From: Alphaproteobacteria bacterium
GTDB taxonomy: Bacteria > Pseudomonadota > Alphaproteobacteria > Micavibrionales > UBA2020
DNA: 44,737 bases
Assembly: GCA_027483355.1 (NCBI GenBank)
Contig: JAIXUW010000355.1
Span: 1 to 44,737 of the forward strand
Reading direction: 5' to 3'
This document shows positions 41,066 through 44,737 of this stretch, piece after piece (the stretch's first letter is position 1; the number at the start of each line of letters is the position of its first letter). A program made the translations under genes and the position numbers. The notes under the pieces were generated by a model. It searched no databases and was not told the DNA's origin. It saw only the letters and a program-made list of their open reading frames with translations.

Positions 41066-41970
41066 CCATCGTTCTTCCCACGACCCCCGCCGCTTGGGCG
41101 ATCAAGCTGTCGCAACTCCTGCAGCATATCCAGGCCACGACGAATGAAAGCATATATCCTATCAAAATACAGGATCTCGCTTGCGATATCTCGAAGCATT
41201 TCTTTCCTTCCGATCCCCTTGTGCGCGTCTGTGGCGATACGTTCTCCACGGAATTCGATGGGATGATGGTCAAGAAAAACGGACAGTGGGGGATCGTATA
41301 CAACGATGCGATCACCTCGCGGGGACGGATCAACTTCACGTTGGCGCACGAATTCGGCCATTATCTGCTCCACCGCGCCGATCTTGAAAACGGCATCCAA
41401 TGCGGACGCAACGAGATGATGAAATGGAAATCCGAGCAGAGGAACATCGAGGCCGAGGCCAACGAATTCGCGTCCCACCTCTTGATGCCGATAAATATTT
41501 TCAGAGAGAAGGTTAACGGCGAGACGCTGGATTTAAACCTGTTCCAAAACATCGCGGAATACTTCGACGTTTCTCTCACCGCCGCGCTTCTTAAATGGAT
41601 CAGCTTCACGAGCAAGCGCGCCATGATCGTCGTCGCCAAGGATGGCTTCGTTAAATGGGCGAAACCGAGCGATGCGGCCTTCAATTCCGGTATCTACCTC
41701 GCCTACAAGAAAAACCTTATTGAGCTTCCCGCACAATCTCTCGCGGCGCGCAGAGACACATTCTTCGATAACATGGCGGGAACGGATCACGCCACGGGCA
41801 TCTGGCCTTTCCGCGAAGGCGTTCGCGAGGCGACCTTGCTGGCGGATACCTATGACATGACGATCTCTCTGTTGTTATTCAATGATGTCGCGCCCGTCCG
41901 CTATTTCGGGGAAGAAATGCCGGAAGAAGATACGTTCGACAGGTTTCAAAGAATGGCCATCAACGGTTAA
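41062..41970 (+). CDS. ImmA/IrrE-family zinc metallopeptidase (DUF955; ImmA / CapP-like)
   Basis: The HEXXH motif appears in FTLAHEFGHYLLH. The GTG start overlaps the XRE stop (GTGA). Confidence 0.85.
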   Translation: MTIVLPTTPAAWAIKLSQLLQHIQATTNESIYPIKIQDLACDISKHFFPSDPLVRVCGDTFSTEFDGMMVKKNGQWGIVYNDAITSRGRINFTLAHEFGHYLLHRADLENGIQCGRNEMMKWKSEQRNIEAEANEFASHLLMPINIFREKVNGETLDLNLFQNIAEYFDVSLTAALLKWISFTSKRAMIVVAKDGFVKWAKPSDAAFNSGIYLAYKKNLIELPAQSLAARRDTFFDNMAGTDHATGIWPFREGVREATLLADTYDMTISLLLFNDVAPVRYFGEEMPEEDTFDRFQRMAING

Positions 41971-42343
41971 ACCCAAACCACTTGCGCTGCTCCTCCCATA
42001 CGAGCGGAAAAGGCTTCAGCATATCGATCAGGCGTAGTCCCTTGGGATGGTTGCCATCGAGAATATCACGCTTGATGTCTGGCGCCAGAAGGTTGAGGCG
42101 CATGACCCGCGCCATGTAAGACCCGTTAATGCCCTCCCGTTTTGCCAAATCGGTCGCGCTTGCCGCCTTTCCCTCCTTCAATGCATTGTTCCAGACGTAC
42201 GCGCGCAACAGCGCGGCGATGATGGTATCGTCAGGCTCCGGCGCGATCCGCGCAGGTGCTGATCCATCGGGGGAGAAAATGAGCTTTCTGCCGCCCCTGC
42301 GGACGAGCTTCACAGGAATGCGGATAGTGAGATTGTCGCTCAT
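41960..42343 (-). CDS. Recombinase-associated small protein (127 aa)
   Basis: There is an ATGA overlap with the recombinase stop. MRLNLLAPDIKRDILDG is a motif typical of accessory proteins next to large serine recombinases, recognised from memory only. Confidence 0.55.
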   Translation of the reverse strand: MSDNLTIRIPVKLVRRGGRKLIFSPDGSAPARIAPEPDDTIIAALLRAYVWNNALKEGKAASATDLAKREGINGSYMARVMRLNLLAPDIKRDILDGNHPKGLRLIDMLKPFPLVWEEQRKWFGFNR

Positions 42344-43674
42344 ACCTTCCCCCGTTTCTGATAACCCACCACGTCATGGGCGAGATTTTCAAGGCCACTG
42401 ACACGCATTTTGATGTCTACGCCCTCGGTATCGACGGTGACGTGTTCGACCAGCAGGTTCACGATCCGCAACTGTTCGGCAGGGAACAGCTCTTTCCACA
42501 CAGGGCCGATGTCGCTTAAAGCCTTCTTCACTTCCTGTTCGGTTACGCTTGCGTCCTGCACGTGGGCCGCGGCCCATGTGCGGACAACCGTCTCTGGTTC
42601 GACGAAGAAACGTTGCAACTGCCCGACCACCACATCCTCAAGCTCTCCTGCTGGGATCGCGCCGAGGGGGCATCCATCGCATCCGCCCTTGATGATCTGG
42701 CTCGGCTTGTAATACCGATAATGCTTGCCGTTCTTCATCGTGTATGTAGGCGACATGACGGACTTGCACCCGCCGCATCGCACCAGTCCTTTGAGCAAGG
42801 CTGGGTTTTTAGCCGCCGTGACGCGAGCGCGCGGGCTGACTTGCATGACGGCATGAGCTTCGTCCCACAGTGCTTTGTCGATAATGGACTCGTGCTGACC
42901 TGGGTAGGACTTGTCCCTGTGCGGAATCTCGCCCAGATAGAGACGGTTTTTTATGGTGCGATAAACCTGATTTTTTGTGAAGAAGCGTGGAATCCGCTCG
43001 TTGCCCGTTTGCGTGATATAGCTTTTGGTGCGGATATCGGTCGTCTTCAATTCTTTGGCCAGAAGCGTGACAGAGCGCAGGGTTATGAAGCGTTCGAAGA
43101 TATATCTAACCTGCTTGGCTTCGGTCTCGTTGACGATCAGCTTTCTATCCTTCACATCGTATCCCAACGGCGGCGTTCCGCCCATCCACATGCCTTTGCG
43201 CTTCGATGCCGCAAATTTATCGCGGATACGTTCCCCGATGACCTCGCGCTCGAACTGCGCGAAAGACAGAAGAATATTGAGCGTGAGTCGCCCCATGGAC
43301 GTGGTGGTGTTGAATTGCTGGGTGACGGAGACGAAACTGACATTGTGGCGGTCGAACACGTCAACCAGCTTGGCAAAGTCCGTCAGCGACCGTGACAAAC
43401 GGTCGACTTTGTAAACGACGATCACGTCGATCGCGCCAGCCTCCACGTCTCGCATGAGTCGTTTCAGCGCGGGACGCTCCATCGATCCACCGGAAAACCC
43501 GCCATCGTCGTAATGATCCGCGACGAGCGTCCAGCCCTCGTGCCGTTGCGAGAGGATATAGGCTTCTCCCGCCTCGCGCTGGGCGTCGAGGCTGTTGAAC
43601 TCCATGTCCAATCCTTCTTCGGTGGACTTGCGAGTGTAGACCGCACAACGGATTCTGCGCTTGATATCGCTCAT
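42340..43674 (-). CDS. Large serine recombinase (phage integrase)
   Basis: ATG at 43674 begins MSDIKRRIRCAVYTRKSTEEG. The motifs VVYKVDRLSRSL and the recombinase domain GGTPPLGYD are present. A C-terminal Cys cluster reads CGGC...CDGC. Confidence 0.9.
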   Translation of the reverse strand: MSDIKRRIRCAVYTRKSTEEGLDMEFNSLDAQREAGEAYILSQRHEGWTLVADHYDDGGFSGGSMERPALKRLMRDVEAGAIDVIVVYKVDRLSRSLTDFAKLVDVFDRHNVSFVSVTQQFNTTTSMGRLTLNILLSFAQFEREVIGERIRDKFAASKRKGMWMGGTPPLGYDVKDRKLIVNETEAKQVRYIFERFITLRSVTLLAKELKTTDIRTKSYITQTGNERIPRFFTKNQVYRTIKNRLYLGEIPHRDKSYPGQHESIIDKALWDEAHAVMQVSPRARVTAAKNPALLKGLVRCGGCKSVMSPTYTMKNGKHYRYYKPSQIIKGGCDGCPLGAIPAGELEDVVVGQLQRFFVEPETVVRTWAAAHVQDASVTEQEVKKALSDIGPVWKELFPAEQLRIVNLLVEHVTVDTEGVDIKMRVSGLENLAHDVVGYQKRGKV

Positions 43675-44132
43675 GCCGATTTCCCCTTTCTGCCCGCCGC
43701 CGTGGAGGGTGCGAGGCCGAAGAAAGAGGGACCAGACCAAGCCATGCCCGTGATGATCTGCGCGATGCGCGAGAGGCTCTTGTATTTGCGCCCTTCAAAA
43801 GCGAACCCGTCCGCCAGCACCGTGACGCGATATTGTGTCCCTTGGTATTCGCGCAGGAGGCGTGTCCCTGCGGGCGGGCGATTGATCTTCGTCTTGCGTT
43901 TTTGCCGCGCATTCTGGCTCAGGACAATCCGCGCTCGTTCCGACATACGCTTTTCCAAAACCTCGTCATCCCCGCCGTAGGCCAACTCCTGTATGCGATA
44001 CGTCAAGCGGCTGACGAGATAGGTGCGGTTGAATTCAGGGGGATCGGTGCGGTACAGCTCGCGCCAGAGCGACTTCAACTGCCCCACAGGCATTGTCTTC
44101 AAAGCTGTAATCTTCGCCAAAACATCGCTCAT
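43671..44132 (-). CDS. DUF2924-family protein (serine recombinase partner)
   Basis: LKTMPVGQLKSLWRELYRTDPPEFNRTYLVSRLTYRIQELAYGG is a DUF2924 pattern. There is an ATGA overlap with the recombinase start. The SD is AAGGAGAA. Confidence 0.7.
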   Translation of the reverse strand: MSDVLAKITALKTMPVGQLKSLWRELYRTDPPEFNRTYLVSRLTYRIQELAYGGDDEVLEKRMSERARIVLSQNARQKRKTKINRPPAGTRLLREYQGTQYRVTVLADGFAFEGRKYKSLSRIAQIITGMAWSGPSFFGLAPSTAAGRKGKSA

Positions 44133-44620
44133 GGCCGTTCTCCTTTTCGGTCATGAATGCTTCCATTCGGTCTGAAGTCCACGGGTTTCTGTGCGGGTTC
44201 GGTCTTATTTCTGGCGCGCATGCGTAAAATACCCAAAGCGAGGATGCGGGCGATTTCGGCAGCGGGAGATGTGTCGGTCTCGATCATGTCCCCATGCTAC
44301 CGTGCGCAGGGAAAAGCGAAAACGCACGTTCTTCACGCAACGGCTGCCGTTCTTTTCGATTTGGCGCAACAAGATGATAGGCGGGTGGAGAAAAAACCGC
44401 TTATCGTGTTCCCCCTTGAAACCTCTGGACTTTTAAGTCCGTACATCGCCCCCAAATGTTCAGAGCCTTCGCAGAATGGGGGTGGTTTGAGAGTGGAAAT
44501 GGCCGTCTTCACACCCTATGCGGCGGCAGTGATGTACAGAGGTATTGTCGGGAATGACCGCCGAAACGGGGCAAATCCGCCCCCGTCATAAACTTCAGAG
44601 AAAAGTTTGGAATAGTAAAA

Positions 44621-44643
44621 TGGCGGAGAGTGTGGGATTCGAA
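44621..44643 (-). other. tRNA-Ser-like 3' fragment (T-loop, 3' T-stem, acceptor 3' strand, G discriminator, CCA); probable att remnant, not a gene
   Basis: The minus strand reads TTCGAATCCCACACTCTCCGCCA. There is no complementary 5' T-stem (AATGT versus the required GTGGG). No GGAGAGT acceptor 5' strand occurs in the next 100 nt. Confidence 0.55.
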
Positions 44644-44737
44644 ACATTAGTACGTCTTCCGATCTTTTTGTCCTTTTATGACGTTTCCTCTGGAATAGTT
44701 GCTTGAAAATAATCAATAAACAGAGCCTTTAGTCTAT

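Larger units (their letters stand above)
3129..44132. mobile_element. Integrated lambda-like temperate prophage (~41 kb) with lysis, tail, head, packaging, methylase, replication/recombination, regulatory and serine-integrase modules
   Basis: Nearly gap-free minus-strand gene train. It shows recognisable gpE/gpD/gpC/gpB/gpW/gpA/Nu1-like head genes and G-GT/TMP/M/L/K/I-J tail order. GC is visibly higher than in both flanks. The exact ends are not defined by visible repeats. Confidence 0.85.

Noticed and set aside
44621-44710. Intact tRNA gene on the minus strand
   Set aside because: Only the last 23 nt fit a tRNA. The 5' T-stem and the acceptor 5' strand are absent, so it is a fragment.
44157-44716. 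144-aa plus-strand ORF and 66-aa minus-strand ORF at the right edge
   Set aside because: They have no ribosome-binding sites and implausible composition, and the 66-aa ORF runs through the tRNA fragment. The region is probably non-coding.

Overview
The window is dominated by a roughly 41-kb integrated lambda-like (siphovirus-type) temperate prophage at about 3129-44132. Its proteins look alphaproteobacterial (DUF3489, DUF2924, DUF1833-like). Almost all genes run on the minus strand. From left to right on the plus strand the order is as follows.

- Lysis cassette: holin-like protein, endolysin-like protein, overlapping i-/o-spanins.
- Tail fibre genes and a fused gpI-gpJ-like host-specificity protein.
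- gpK/L/M-like genes, tape measure, and G/GT chaperones with a clear -1 frameshift site.
- Major tail and head-tail connectors.
- gpE capsid, gpD decoration, gpC protease with a nested scaffold, gpB portal, gpW.
- Large and small terminase.
- Two DNA methyltransferases, RuvC, an iteron cluster, primase-helicase, a Cas4-like nuclease, an SF2 helicase, and a Sak4-like ATPase with a DUF669-like partner.
- A small HTH protein.
- A three-gene operon of unknown function.
- A divergent XRE / ImmA-IrrE pair.
- A translationally coupled DUF2924 / large serine recombinase / small protein triad.

Several opposite-strand inserts interrupt the late region: an AT-rich membrane-protein gene in the tail module, an Abi_2 abortive-infection gene between gpW and terminase, and DUF3489 plus a small ORF.

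The left flank (1-3069) is AT-richer and carries an m5C methyltransferase, an McrB-like GTPase and a partial third ORF, which is a LlaJI-type restriction-modification architecture. The right flank ends in AT-rich DNA containing a tRNA-Ser-like 3' fragment.

Two observations stand out:
- The phage C5-methyltransferase locus has two full-length same-strand overlapping ORFs, and the canonical methyltransferase motifs are split between the two frames.
- The uncharacterised three-gene operon is divergently paired with a CapH/CapP-like (or ImmR/ImmA-like) regulator pair, which makes it a candidate novel defence or early-function system.

I found no intact tRNA, rRNA or CRISPR array. All homology statements come from motif recognition by eye, not from searches. 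GC statements are visual estimates.
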